The notes under the pieces: model-generated
What the model saw: the letters and a program-made list of their open reading frames with translations, nothing else
What the model was told of the DNA's origin: nothing
Databases searched by the model: none
Translations under genes and position numbers: made by a program
Shown here: piece after piece, positions 42,412 through 56,474 of the stretch
How positions within the stretch are numbered: position 1 is the first letter of the stretch
Layout of the letters: every line of letters begins with the position of its first letter
Assembly: GCF_009914755.1 (NCBI RefSeq)
Contig: NC_060933.1
Reading direction: 5' to 3' (one strand)
DNA from: the human T2T-CHM13v2.0 reference genome, Homo sapiens
DNA: 64,000 nucleotides

Positions 42412-43088
42412 TCAACAAAAGAGTCAAACGGTAAAGTATTTGAACAATTTATTCTGAGCCAAATATGAGTTACCAAGGCCAGAAACACAATCTCCAGAGG
42501 CTTTGAGAACATGTGCCTGAGGTGGTTGGGTTACAGCTTGATTTTATACATTTTAGAGAGAAAGAAGTTACACGCTGATACATAAAGCAATACATGTAAG
42601 AAGTGAAAGGTTCTTTTATGAGTTTGAACCCTGGGAGCACGCCAAGAGACAACACAAGGCAGTGTGGAGCAACATGCCGTTTTAATGAGCGCCTGGGTGC
42701 AGGCCGGCTGAAGCCTAAAATGGCATCAGCCCCAACTGAGGATGGGACAGGGGTTTTATAGTCCTCTGTAAACAGGAAGTGTTGCAGTCTGACGTGACTA
42801 CTATGTTGTACCCGGACTGCCTCTTTCTCGAACTTCAGGGGTATGTCTTCAAGCCAGGGTATGTGTTTTCCTGCTGGCTCTCTTCCTGCTTCTGCTATCT
42901 TGCTGGCTTTTGCTGCTGATGCAAATGGCCTTGAGCCTTGGGACTGGGCCTGAGGAGGGAGGAGTTATTCATCCGTTCGAGCTTTCAGTCCCCGGGAGAA
43001 TCTGATCAAGAAGTACATTGCTTTGGCCTGGACAGGTGGGACATCTCAAGGGGCTTTCAGGTCATAGGTGGATTTAAACACTTCTTGA
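42412..43088 (-). mobile_element. MER4-family ERV1 LTR, interrupted and truncated
   Basis: tttattctgagccaaatatgagt..gagaacatgtgcctgaggtggttggg..; resumes at 43014 tacattg...tcaggtcataggtggatt. Confidence 0.75.
42604..43008 (-). mobile_element. Solo LTR nested in MER4 (ERVL-class, LTR47-like; family uncertain)
   Basis: TG...CA ends with perfect 5-bp TSD agaag at 42599-42603 and 43009-43013. Confidence 0.8.
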
Positions 43089-43487
43089 TACTTGCACATG
43101 CATGTTTATAGCAGCACAATTTGCAATTGCAAAAATGTGGAACCAGCCTAAATGCCCATCAATCAACAATTGGATAAAGAAAATGTGATATATATTGGAG
43201 ACTATTATTCTAAGTGAAGTAACTCAGAAATGGAAAACCAAGCATCATATGTTCTCACTCATACGTGGGAGCTAAGCTATGAGGACACAAAGGTGTAAGA
43301 ATGATACACTGGACTTTGGGTACTTGGGTGAGAGGGTGAGAGGTAGTAAGGGATAAAAGACCACACACTGGGTACAGTGTACACTGTTCGGATGATGGGT
43401 GCACCAAAATCCCAGAAATCACCACTGAAGACCTTATTTATGTAACCAAACACCACCTGTTCCCAAAAAACGTATTGGAAAAAATAT
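43089..43487 (+). mobile_element. L1PB 3'-end fragment
   Basis: acttgcacatgcatgtttatagcagcacaatt...gatgggtgcaccaaaatc...gtaaccaaacaccacctgttccc. Confidence 0.88.
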
Positions 43488-45622
43488 AGAGGAGTGAAGG
43501 CCTTCTGGCAAGGTTCTCCTTAACCCACAATGTGTTTTAAGAGGAGTGAACCAATGTTCTGTTTCTGACTGATTATGAGGCAGTATATGTACATTAAATT
43601 TTCTCACCTGCATCAGCCTTCATCTTTATGTATCAAAGTATAAGCCATCCATGTATAAGGCTGTCTGCAAAATCCTTCACTAATAAAACTAAACCCCATA
43701 AGTACGTATAAGAGATCCCCTTTTCACTTCTATCATTCATAGAGGCATAAGCAAGGGAAAAAAATTCAAAGATAAGAGTTTCATGATAGTAGAGAAGTCT
43801 TGATCTGTGATTTTTGGAAAAGCACATCAAGGATATCATTTTCTTCTGGGGAGAAACTTTCCTAGTTAGCTTTACTTTAAGGGTTCCAATCAGTGTACAG
43901 TTACAAGAACGTGGAGGGACCCTTCTGAGTTATGAGACTATGAACCCAAAGTTTAAGTTCCCAAAGTTTTGCTGTAGTGTGGATGGCAAGGATAGTCTTT
44001 CTCTGATATTCTCAGCAGATCCAATCTTCAGGTTCTAGATTGTGAAGAGGTTGATTGTCCTCAGTGAACCATAAAAAGCTTTCTTTACACCGTGAAAATA
44101 CACTGTGGCATAATAATCTACTATTATAACATCAGCCCTCTTGTATGGGAAGCTTTTCTACAATCAGAAAACATGGATTGAAAGTAACAATTGAATGAAA
44201 TCCCTTTATAAATGTTTAAATGGCCCATCAGGTAGCCAAATGTACCTGAAGTTTTGATTGTCTTCCCAGGAATATGGATTTAACAAACCAAACGTTGGCT
44301 ATAAACTATTTTAGCAATTTGGTAGCCACCACAAAATATATACATTTAATTTGGATCATTTTATCTTCTCCATGAGTCATGGAATGCAGAACTTTTTTTT
44401 TTTTTTGAGACGAAGTCTTGCACTATCGCCCAAGCTGGAGTGCAGTGGCACGATCTCAGCTCACTGCAAACTCTGCCTCCCAGGTTCATGCCATTCTCCT
44501 GCTTCAGCCTCCTGAGTAGCTGGGACTACAGGCACCCACCACCGCACCCAGCTGATTTTTTGTATGGGGTTTCACCATGTTAGCCAGGATGATCTCGATC
44601 TCCTGACCTCATGATCCACCCGCCTCGGCCTCCCAAAGTGCTGGGATTACAGGCATGAGCCACCACTCCCTGCCGGAATGCAGAACTTTTAAAAACAAAA
44701 GCTTTAAAGCCTCAGGAAGGACAAGGCTGCAACTGTTCTCGTTCCCCATGAGTCCATGCGTAACATTGGACTTATGTCCTCTTGAATGCCTGTTGTTTCT
44801 CAAATTTAAGTGCATAGCACTGATAACTAATGGGTTATCATAGGTAATTTGACATAGACCATGTATCAGCTGATTTAACATGAAAATCTGGCAAAGTACT
44901 TTCTTGGTATTCAATTTATTCTTGTTCTGCTTAGGTTAGCAGTTTTATAAACCAGTTTTTGTTAAAGTTTCAGGAATTCTTAGCCAGTCCAAATGATATA
45001 AACTTAAAGTTATTAGAAAGCTATATTCAAGAATGCTTTTCAGGGTCCTTTCCATCCTTTCATGAACCTCCTAAGACACCATATTCTAGGATTTTGCATG
45101 CTAGTGAACTTTTCAGAAACTATATCAGCATTATGCAATTAACCATGGAAATGACTTTAAATAGTCATAAAGACACAATTGACAAGGAAATTTGGTTATT
45201 TCTGTGGTCAGCAATAATCTAATATAATAACCTTAATTATGATTGATAGCATATACTCAGACATTAGAATTTTAGAAATCCCATACAATTTTGGAGCATA
45301 TATTAATATTATTCACTAAAATATAACCTGAAGAAGATTAAACATTATTTTTATTTTGACTATTCCATGCAACTAAGCATGTCACATAATCCTGTTTACA
45401 TCTCTTTTGGATGCTCCAGGGGCCCTCTGTAGCATCCAAAAGTTAGGGGTTAGAAAAGACAATTTTAAAGCTGAAATTTGATTTTTGGGAAGCCTATCGA
45501 GTATGTTAAAGGCCTATAACCCTTGCTATTATGCTTAACCAATTTGACCATGAGGTGAGATTCTCATAAACCCTTTATAATCCTTTACCAATGTTTGTTA
45601 AAGAGCAGATCAGTGCTTTAAG
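43488..45622 (-). mobile_element. MER4-group ERV1 internal sequence
   Basis: Motifs such as gacaaggaaatttggttatttctgtgg and gcatatactcagacattagaattttagaaatccc. Confidence 0.7.
44393..44674 (-). mobile_element. AluY/Sc
   Basis: TSD ggaatgcagaactttt at 44381 and 44675; ttcatgccattctcc diagnostic. Confidence 0.95.
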
Positions 45623-45746
45623 AGAGTAGAATGATTGTTACCAGAGGCTAGGAAGGATTGGGGGTGGGAATGAAGAGAAGCTGGTTAATGGGTACAAACA
45701 TACAGTTAGATAGAAGAAACAAGAAGTAAGTGTCTGATAGCATGTA

Positions 45747-46273
45747 CAGTTGGGGTCCCCAACCCCTGGACTGGTACTGGTTCCTTGCCTGTTAGGAAAT
45801 GGGCTTTGCAGCAGAACATGAGCAGCTGCAAGTGAGCAAAGCTTCATCTGTATTTACAGCCGCTCCACATCACTCACATTACCACCTGAGCTCTGCTTCC
45901 TGTCAGATTAGTGGTAGCATTAGATTTTCATAGGAGCGTGAACCCTATTGTGAATTGCACATGCGAGAGATCTAGGTTGCGCATTATGAGAATCTAATGC
46001 CCGATGATTTGCCACTGTCTCCCATCACCCTCAGGTGGAACTATCTAGTTTCAGGAAAATAAGTTGAGGGCTCCCACTGATTCTACATTATGGTGAGTTG
46101 TATAATTATTTCATTATATTATATATATATTGCAATGCAATAATAAAAGAGATAAAGTGCACAATAAATGAAATGCACTTGAATCATCCTGAAACCATCC
46201 TCCCCACCCAATCCGTGGCAGCATTTTCTTCCACGAAATTGGTTCCTGGTGCCAAAAAGATTGGAGACTGATG
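45747..46273 (+). mobile_element. MER1A (hAT-Charlie)
   Basis: ggggtccccaacccc...gcattagattttcataggagcgtgaaccctattgtgaa...cctggtgccaaaaagattgg. Confidence 0.88.
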
Positions 46274-46459
46274 TACAGCATGGTGAATATAGTTAATGAT
46301 ACAGTGTTATATACTTGAAATTTGCTAAGATTGCAGATCTGAAGTATCTTCGCCACCTCACCCATACAAATGATAGTTATGTGAGTTGATGGATGTGTTA
46401 ATTAACTTGATTGTGGTGATCATTTTACAATATATACAAATTATCAAATCATCACATTG

Positions 46460-47076
46460 TGTCACTGAACAATCTAGCCTGAAAAGGCATTTTAAAACTT
46501 TTCTTTTCCTTTTTTCTGTTTTTTTTCTCTAGTCTCAAGACACAACATTGAAACTAGCTAGAGAAACCTTTTTTTATTCTTAAACTATAGCCTTGAAATG
46601 TACTTTCTTTCAAATACCATGTCCTTCCCTTTCTTATACACTCCCTTACACTATACACATTTATCTAACTGTATGCTTGTTTCTAATTGTGTCCTTACAT
46701 GGAAGTTTCAGTGGCTAATCTTGAAACAGACCTTCAGGCATAGAGAACTAGCTGCAAAATTTCGGAGATACCTCAAGGCAGTTAGTCAACAACTTGGACA
46801 TCATTGAGATGACACCAGCCCATGATCCAGGTGGACCACAGCTTGAGATAGCCACTGGAATAAGACACACAGACCTTATACTCAGCACCCTTCCTGCATG
46901 TTTCCCATTCCAAGTTTCCCCTTTTAAGCCCCTTGCCCCAGCCTAAAGTTTGAAGTGCTTACTTTGGAAGTGAATCCAGCCACTTAACCACTGCTAGTTA
47001 TGGTAAATAAAGCTACTTTCTTTCTACCATATTTTGCTCTTGTTATTGGGTTCCACACAGCTAGAGTTGGGTTACA
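46460..47076 (+). mobile_element. ERV1-class solo LTR (family not assigned)
   Basis: TG...CA ends, 4-bp TSD attg/gttg splitting the L1 3'UTR, aataaa near 47006. Confidence 0.7.
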
Positions 47077-47169
47077 GTTGTACACTTTCAATATTAAAAC
47101 TTTTTTCTGTCAATTATACCTCAATAAGGCTGGAAAAAGGAAAAATGAAAGAATTAGCTGTGGACTGAA

Positions 47170-50100
47170 ATATTATATTTGCAAATTAGTTATTCAAAGA
47201 GTGACAACTCATAACTATTCCATAAAAGACTCTCAAAGCTAAGTAATAAGCAAACAAGTAGCCCCACAAAAAATGGGCGAAATACCTGAAGTAACACATC
47301 ACCAAAAGAGATATGTGGATAGCAAATATGCATATGATGAGATGCTCAATATCATTATTAATTAGGATAGGCAAATTAAAACTATGAGATATCTCCACAC
47401 ACACATTTGGAAACACTGTATTCAAAAGCACAAGCAGTATCAGATGTTGGCAAATGTGGAACAATAGGACTTCTCATATATTGCTTGTAGAAATGCAAAA
47501 TGCTATAATCAATATTGAAGTTTCTTATAAAGTTAAACTTATACCTAACCTATGACCCACCAATTCCACTTGTATTTGCTCCAGCGAAAAGAAACAATGG
47601 TTCACACAAAAATCGATACCAGGATGTTTATAGCAGGATTTTTTTCGCTGTAATTACTACACACTGGAAACAACCAGATGTCTTTCAAATGGTGAATACC
47701 TAAACAAAATGCATACATCCATAAATTGGATACTACATAGCAAGAAACAATAATGAGTTCTTTGTTCTCACAGCAATGTGGGTGAGTTATAAATGCATTT
47801 GACTAAGTGAAAAAGGCCAGACCCAAAGGCCACATATGCATGATTCAATTTATATGACATTCTGGAAAAGATAAAGCTATAGGAAAGAACATCACATCAG
47901 TTAATTGTCATGGGTTAGGATTGGGGAAGTGGTTGATTGCAAAAAAAGACAGCAAGAGGAAATTTTTCTGGTGATAGAATAGTTCTATATAATATTGTGT
48001 ATATATAGATACACAATTCTGTGCATCTATATATAATACCATAAAGAGTGATTTCTACCATATGTAATTTTAATAAATAGCCAAGACAGAATGCAGAATG
48101 AATCTAACTATATTAACAGTGAGTAATATTACCTCATTTAAGGAGGTAGAAAAAGAACAAACAAATTAAAGTCTGAGAGAATAACATTGTAAAACACTGT
48201 TTGACCAGATATCATCAGCTAATAAACAAAAGAAATAGACACGAGCATGGTACTCTAGTTGGTAAACGTTTTCTCTCAAGAGCATGAAACAGCAACTCTG
48301 AACTACTTTACTAGTATCAGCATATATATTGTAGATAATGAAAGCCATGTTTCTCTAATATAAGTTAGAAATAATCAAAGAGAGAATGACATAATAAACT
48401 CTGTAGCGTTGGGTTAGATTTAGAGTTATCAGTATGATTTCAATTAAAAATATATACATACAAAAAGTATACAAAAATATGTATACCTCGGTTACTTTAC
48501 ATAAATACATTTCCTGTCTCTGTCTGATGAGAGTTTGCAGAAGCAGTGATACCCTAGCAGCAACTAATAAAACTAGAGCACAGATCTGAGTGTTTAAATA
48601 TCATTACCTAATGAAAGGAACCAAGGCTCAATGGAGAAGTAGTTGGTTCCAGGACTGGGGTAAGAAAAATACAAGTTAACCCTGGAATTTCATGTGGTTC
48701 CAGGAGGTAAATAAGTGATAAAATTTTAAAGGAGAGGAGAAAAAAAATGAAAAAAAGATGAGACATGTCAAAATGAGGTTCAAGAGATCAGTAGGACTTG
48801 TTTTCTGAGAACCAGTCACCAGACCCCACTGAACAAAACAGAAGCTGATGAGAACAGGATGCAGCAAAGAAATCAGCCCAAACCAGCTAAAACCAAGATG
48901 CCAATGAAAGCAGCTTCTGGTTACCCTCACTGCTTATTTCATACTAATTATAATGCATTTGGATGCTAAAAGACACTCCCACTACAAACATGACAATTAA
49001 CAAATGCCATGACAACCCCCAGAAGTTACCTTATATAGTTTAAAAGAAGAAGGACCTTTGGTTCCAAGAACCCTTTACCCCCTTTTCAGAACATTCATGA
49101 ATAATCCACCCCTTATCTAGCATATAATCAAGGAACAGTTCTCTAAAAATAGCTAGCCAGCCATTCACGAGGGCTGCTGCTGCTGCTGCTACTACTCTCT
49201 CTATGGAGCAGCCATATTCCTGTACTCAGTTGCTTTAATAAACTTGCTTTCCCTTTGCTCTGTTGGCTCACTTATGTTCTTTCTTGGACAAAGCCAAAAA
49301 CCATCCTGGCCTAAACCCCGATTTTAGGCCTCACCTGCATCAAAAAGACATAGAAGCCAATCTGAAAGAGCTCCTGTGACCAAAGCTAACAGAGTTTGAG
49401 CAATTAAATTAATAATTATAGTTTTATATTATAACCCAGATAATAAAGTAAATATTAATGAGTTCATAGTAATATAAATAAATAAATAAATAAGTAAACT
49501 GGGCAGGAGAGACAACTCTTTCTTACACAAGAATTCCAATTAATACATTTCTAAAAATGAGGGAGATAGAAAATAATCATTAGAATGCCATATAATAATC
49601 ATTGTAGGCAAAAAATTGTGAGCAAAAGTACACGAATAAATAACATATTTGTACAATCTCAAATTTTTTGCCCCTATTTATTATAGTAACTGTACTATGA
49701 AGAAACCTAGTAGATATCACTGTAATCAAGGGATCAAGGTTCATATCACTCTAATGAGCCATACTAACATCATTGAACTGTTGACATAATCCACTCATTC
49801 AGCAAAGCCTATTGCCTCTTTGGTATTTTTCCCCCAAATCCAAATCTTTAATATAATTATGACAAAATATCAGAGAGACTTCAGATCCAAATTGAGAGAC
49901 ATTCTACAAAATACTTGCAAAATTGTCAAGATCATGAGGGACAAACAAAAACTATTGAACTGTCTCAAACCAGAGACAACTAAGAAGTCAGGACAACTAA
50001 ATGCAATGTAGGCTTCTGGATTGGATCCTCAAGGACAAAAAGGACATTAGTTGAAATATGCTGAAATATAAATTGTTTGAAGTTTGCTTATTAGTATTTT

Positions 50101-50290
50101 ACCACTTTAGTTCAGTTAATATTATTTTACCAATGCTAATATTATTGTACCAATTATCTTAGTTTTTATAATAGTATCATGACTATACACAAAATTAATA
50201 TTGCAAGCTGGGTGAAGCATCTACAAAACTCCGTTATTAACTTTGCTACTCCTTTGTACATCTGAAATTATTTCTATAAACTATCAAAAA
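47170..50290 (+). mobile_element. L1MC/MD ORF2 end and long 3'UTR
   Basis: aaaatgggcgaaatacctgaa, tatgacattctggaaaag, gacaactaaatgcaatgt..ctggattggatcct. Confidence 0.75.
48774..49342 (+). mobile_element. MER41-family (ERV1) solo LTR
   Basis: taattataatgcatt..atgctaaaagacactcccac..caaatgccatg..gaagttacc; TG...CA with TSD aaaa. Confidence 0.75.
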
Positions 50291-51170
50291 CCCAAATTGA
50301 AACAAACAAAAAAAGAAAGCAAAACAACATTTTTTTGAAGTATTATATGGTTAAAAGAACAGACAAGACTAAAGAGAATTGTACCAAAAGTAATGCATAA
50401 GGGAACAATGAAAACAGATGTACAACATAACATCAAGATTTAGAGATATCACAGAGTTCAGAAAAACATTGCTCCCAGGCTAAAATTTCAGACTCCCATT
50501 CATTGCTCAAAGGCAGTTATACATTTTAGCCTTTGAAACCTGGCCTCAAGTTGATTTGACTGTAGGGTAGAATTTTGATATAAGGTTAAGAAAACACCAC
50601 AAGATAGTACTGATATTTGGCTGAATGAAGTATTAATTCCTGACATTGTCCTCAGTCTTGAGTAGAAATCAGAGTAAAGAAACTGCTTCTCAAAATTACA
50701 TGGATTTTTGAGACTCACAAACACTGTGCTGTACTGTCACACAACTACCAATGGGAATATAAATGCTTCAGTCAGAAAGAGTTAACACATTTGAATATAC
50801 AGGGTTTGCCAAATAGTAAAGTATTTTAGGCTATTAACGTCATTAGATACATTGCATGTTGTTATAAGAACCATTTATTTATGAACATGTCACAAAATAC
50901 ATAAAATATGTACTTAAATATAAATATTGATCTATTATTATGCTTTTATTTATGATTCACTTTTTTTGCAAAAACAAATTAAAATTGATACACCCTAATG
51001 TAACCATTAATATTGAATCAGAATATTATTTATGATTTCATAGGTCTAGGAAAATTTCTTATATGAAAGAAAGATGAAATTGAGTTATCTATATAAATAT
51101 TGTTTGACAACAAATAAATTAGCCAAATTTGGTTATATACTAACAACTGCAAAGAATATTGCAGAAAACT

Positions 51171-51461
51171 GGCTGGGCACGGTGGCTTACATCTGTGAGC
51201 CAGCACTTTGGGATGCAAAGATGGGCAGATCACTTGAGGCCAATAGTTTGAGAACAATCTGGCCAACATAGTGAAACCCTGTCTCTACCAAAAAATATGA
51301 AAATTAGCCGAGTGTGGTAGGATTTACCTGTAGTCCTAGCTACTCAGGAGGCTGAAGTGGGACCTGGGAGGCAGAGGTTGCAGTGAGCCAAGATCGTGCC
51401 TCTGCACTCTAGCCTGGGCAACAGAGCAAGACTCTGTCTCAAAAAAAAAGAGAGAAAGAAA
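51171..51461 (+). mobile_element. Alu (J/S) with perfect 20-bp TSD
   Basis: aaagaatattgcagaaaact at 51151-51170 and 51462-51481. Confidence 0.96.
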
Positions 51462-52098
51462 AAAGAATATTGCAGAAAACTACTTAGTAGAAAACCACTT
51501 AGTAGATACAAGAAGTCATTTATGTTCCTCCAAAAAACTGAATGTATAATTTTAGATCAGATAGTTTTGATTTTAATGATGATACTATATTAGTGCTATA
51601 TTAAAGCCGAAATGACTATAGCCAGACCAACTCTTTTACTCTTTAAGTGAGGAAACTAAGTCCAGTAATGGGTTCTCTATTAGAATCCAAAAAGTGCATT
51701 ATTTGTTTTCAGTTAACGATTAACTCTTCATCACTTAAGGAAAAAAAAAAAAACTCAGTCTTTATCAAAATATTCAAAGATATGCTAAAATATGCCATAA
51801 ACCTACTTGTATGAGTGTACCTGTCATTTTTCCTTTTGTGTATGCTCTGATCTTGACTAACTGACTCCATGTTATCCCCAGTATTTACAACATGCTTTCT
51901 ATTTTATGATATGCTTGTTCTGTTCCTTCTACCAGGAAAGTTTCCTTTTACATTTTTCTTCTAATGCACATCTTTTCATTCTTTAAGTATTAATTCAAAT
52001 AATACTTACCCTAACAAAACTTCCACAGCAAAATTAAATGTCTCCCTTATCTGTGCTCTCACTATTTGTTCCTAGCTAGATTCACTCATTAACCCAAC

Positions 52099-52484
52099 TG
52101 TATTACTCTGTTCTCATACTGCTATAAAGATACTATCTGATAACTGGGTTTATATAAAAAAGAAGGTTTCATTTATAAAGAAAGAAGGTTTAACTGACTC
52201 ACAGTTCTACATGGCTGGGGAGGGCTCAGGAAACTTACAATCACGGTGGAAGCTTAAGGGGAAGCAAGCCCATCTTACCACAATGGAGTAGGAGAGAAAG
52301 AGAGAAGAAGGGAGTGTCATACACTTTTAAGCCATCGGATCTCATGAGAATTCACTGTCATGAGAACAGCATGGGGGAAACCACCTCTATGATCCAATCA
52401 CCTCCCACCAGGTCCCTCCCTTAACACATAGGGATAACAATTCTAGATGAGATTTGGGTGAGGACATAGTGCCAAACCATATCA
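52099..52484 (-). mobile_element. THE1D/MSTA solo LTR, probably within an L2 remnant
   Basis: tgtatta...gccaaaccatatca; TSD ccaac/ccacc. Confidence 0.9.
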
Positions 52485-55039
52485 CCACCTATCCAATTTT
52501 TCAACAAACACTTTTAAATGCTTCCTATGTGTTCATTCTAAGAACTGGAGGCACCTTGCTAAAAGAAACAGACATGGTCCTCAGTTCGAAAACATGATAC
52601 AAAAAAAACCATGTATATATAAACTTATGTATATATAAGTCTGTGTGTGTTTTCTTTCAAAAGAAAGACATACAGAGAGAAAGGTGGATAAATAATATAC
52701 AGGTAAATAGATATATATGAATACATAAATGATATGTAAGTCTTTACCATAGGATCTTGCAGTCCTATATTTCCCAAATTGAAGTGATGACTGCCATTCT
52801 ATTACTAGCACCACAAACAATAAAGCAGGTTTTAATTTTTTCAGAAACAACTATGTTATCCTGGGAGTTAAAATAACCTAACCATAGAAGTATTATAATA
52901 AAATAGAAGATAAAGACAACTTTTAAGGCATGCTTACAATTAACTCAAAACGAAATACAAAAAGCCACAAAATGCTTCCGTTTGGTTTCCCTGGCATGAA
53001 GCAGCCATCTTCTTCACATTTAAAACTTTGCCAATAGATCAACATACAGAATTATCATAAAATTTTATATGCCCAAGATACTCATTTTGATCACAAATTT
53101 TTATACAGCAATTCTCAAGATAAATGAAATAATGTTAAACTTGACTTTAAAAATAATCACATCTAACCTCTCGCTTGGTGTGCTTAAAAACAAATGTATT
53201 AACCATTGAAAAATATGTTAGCCCATAAAGAAAGAGAAGGAACAGTATTTACTCATAGCTAATTGAAAATACGCTATGTGGAAATTATGATGCTAGACTT
53301 TTCATATGTGTCATTTCTTATCATGTTGAAATCACAATCACAACAAAGAAGAGACTATCTCAGCTCACATCTCTACCTCCAGTGCTCAAATAATGCCAAG
53401 TGCATAATGGCATTCAACTTGGTGTTTGTTGAATTAATTTGTATAATATTAAAGAAAAATGAAACAAAAATCACCTAGCTATTAAGGAGTGGAATTGAAA
53501 TTCTAAACAAGTTCTCACTGAGTTAAAGATATTTTTGATGTGAATTTATTCATTTATTGAACTAACACAAAAGAAAAGTAAGTGAAGCGATTTGTAGCAA
53601 GTTCTACACACTATGAACAAACTGTGTGTCCCAACCTAGGAATGGAAAGAATAGGCATAAATAATGTCCCCATTTCCTTGTAGGGTCACAGGTCTTTGAA
53701 ATTCTAGAGAAAGTAGAAATCTTTCATCTAAATAGCCAATTGTATAAAATTGTCTTTTTTGACAGGAATCTTGGTGATTATATAACTCTAACCCTTTGAA
53801 AAAACTAAAGGTCAAAATAGCCTTTGTCCTCTTTTCACTAAAGATCTTTATTTTATAAAAAAGAAACTTCTTGTTTTATTGTAAAAGAAAAAAAATAAAA
53901 ACTTGAAAAGTTCATTTCACTCTATCATTCATGAAAATATCATTCTATACAACACACATTCAAAAATTTGCTGTCCAATGTTTTGGGACATTAATCAACA
54001 TTCTAAAAAATTATATAATAGTGAGTTATTGAACAAAAATAATCTGTACTCTAATATATGTGAATACATTGTATTTCTTTTTTTGACATACATTGATATT
54101 TTTATTGAGGTTAGAATAAAATAATGACAGTTGATAGCTAAAACAAGCAATACATGCTTAAAATTCAACCCTAAAAATTAATACATTTTATACATATATT
54201 TGTTATGTATAATAAAAATGCCCTTAGTTATCTACATACTGATTATTGTTTAGCTGCACAATCAGTATCAGTATCTGAGTTTCCCTTGGTGAATATATAC
54301 TTCATCCATCCTAATGAATTATTGTTTTCATATTCCATTTGAAATGGAATGACTGGCTTGGCAAATATCCAGGGAATAGAATACAGCTATTTTAATGTTT
54401 ATTTATTTCTTTGTCTTAACTTTAAGATAGTTCACGTTTTGAGGTCCAACCCAAATGCTGCCTCTTCCATGCAGTATTTTCTGATCTAATATCAAAAACA
54501 GTTTCTCCGTTCCTGAGTTTGCCATATACCTTGGCTCCTTGCTTGTTAAATAAATTACTTTCTATTTTTGAATCAGGCTTTTTCTTTGTACTTTTGCCCA
54601 CACGTGGTTCAGATGCTGACATTTTAAGGCTTTTGCACACAAAGTCGTTTAAACTCTGCAACCTTGTTTAATTATTAGTTTCCTGAAAACTGTTATCAAG
54701 TGTGCATCAGTGCATGTTAATTACAGATATCATTTATTACTTTTGGAAAATGAAAGGATTGTATAGTGAAAATAGCAACATCTTTGACAAAATTGGAGAG
54801 AATAGGGTTGCATCAGAAATCCACTAAAACTGTCACTCAAGTCAGGTTACTTAAGTCTTTTGGCTTCAGATTCCTTCTCTGTTACATAAGGGTAAATCAT
54901 ACTTACCAGAAATACATTTATCACAAAACTGGCCCATATTAAGTGCTCTTAGGCTTTTGTGAAAGCTTAAATAAAATTATGCTTGAGTATTCATAAAATC
55001 TTGGACACACAAAAACTTGTTATTTTTACAAATGCCTTC

Positions 55040-55394
55040 AACAACATTTCTAAAAATACAGTCTGTGGAATCTTGACAGTCTCCAAGATCAAGGGGTTTA
55101 TGAGGATAAAACTATTTTTATAATAAAACCAAGTTATTTTTTGCTGTTTTTACCCTTTTCCTCTCGTCTGTATGGTAGAGATTTTCAAAGGTTACCTTAT
55201 AATGTAATATCATCATCATTCCAGAAAATAATTGTATGCATATTTACATATTCTTATATTGTAAATAGTTCTCAGTTTCAGTTTCTAGTATAGTAAATAT
55301 TATTAGCTATGACTAACATAAACAAAAGCTCTTGAGGTCTTCAACAATTTAAGAGTATAAAAATATCCTGAAACCAAAAATTTGAAAACTGCTG
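55040..55394 (+). mobile_element. hAT-Charlie non-autonomous element (Charlie1/4-like)
   Basis: aaaactatttttataataa; cataaacaaaagctc...tcctgaaaccaaaaatttgaaaactgctg. Confidence 0.65.
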
Positions 55395-55771
55395 GTCTAC
55401 AGATAGATGGAGTTCTGCAGCACTTTAGACCATCATGACCTCAGAAATAAAAATGCTACATATTTTTCTTTTTCCTATTCTTAAAATTTGTAAAGAAATA
55501 TTCAGACTAGACAAAAAAAAAAAAATAGGCTGACTATCTAAATACCTTCCAGGATGCCATTATCTTGCTGAACTAGCATAGCCTAAATCTGGTTATTGGT
55601 CTTGCTTTCATAAAAACTGACTGCTTTCAGCAGCTCTAAAGCTGAACAATGTTATTTGGTCAAATATACCTAACATATAAATATGCAAAACCCAGAAGAA
55701 TGCATCAAAATGCTGGTGTTATATAAATTATGATGGTTATGTCTATTAATTGTGCTATTTATCTGAGGAGA

Positions 55772-55859
55772 TCACTTTTCTACTTTTAGGAACCTTTATA
55801 GATTCTTCTTTATAGGTCATTTTTCTACTTTTAGGGATCTTTATAGATTCCTCTTTATA
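55772..55859. repeat. 45-bp-period tandem duplication
   Basis: tca(c/t)ttttctacttttagg...ctttatagattc(t/c)tctttata at 55772 and 55817. Confidence 0.9.
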
Positions 55860-56474
55860 AACCATCTTTATAGATGATCTAACTATGCCATTGGTCTAAA
55901 ATGCATAGGGTTAGAGCAAAAGAATCTAAGATATAATACGGCATACTTCACTGAAACCATGGTAAGCTTTTGGAAATGACCAAAAGTTTACTGACCCAGG
56001 GCAAAATACTACCTTCTAGTAATTTTAAAGCATATCATCATGTTCTTTAAATTAAACTTGATTCTCTCCATGTAAATCTCCCCATGTATAATTTAAGCAA
56101 AAGACATTTTATTGTAAGGATGCCAGAGAATTCACAGCATCTATGGAAAGATTGAAGAAACAAAATTGACATAAGCACAAATATCTAAGGGAAGGTCTGG
56201 TGCTGGTGACACAGTCAATATCATGGACACAGTCTGGTTAAGATACTACTGACAAAAGAGGCTGGATATTGCTCTTGATAGTGTTATCTTCTTCACCATG
56301 AATGAACTCTAAAGGATCCTTGTTCCTTTGTGTCATTAACTCCAAATCCCAAATTCCAAATGAAGCATCAGATTGATCAAGTTAATTTACTTGTCTGTTT
56401 CCTATTTACTAAGGAGTAGGGTTACTTGGCTCTATTGATTTAATCACTTGTTCTTAGTCAACATAATGTAACCA

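Larger units (their letters stand above)
45623..47145 (+). mobile_element. L1MA (about MA8-9) 3' end split by MER1 and an LTR
   Basis: agagagtagaatgattgttaccagaggct...gaaatttgctaaga...tcaattatacctcaataaggctgg. Confidence 0.75.

Noticed and set aside
54332-54350. ATTCCATTT-G-AAATGGAAT palindrome and similar short hairpins (e.g. ~33265-33290)
   Set aside because: Arms of 8-9 bp are expected by chance in 64 kb of AT-rich DNA.
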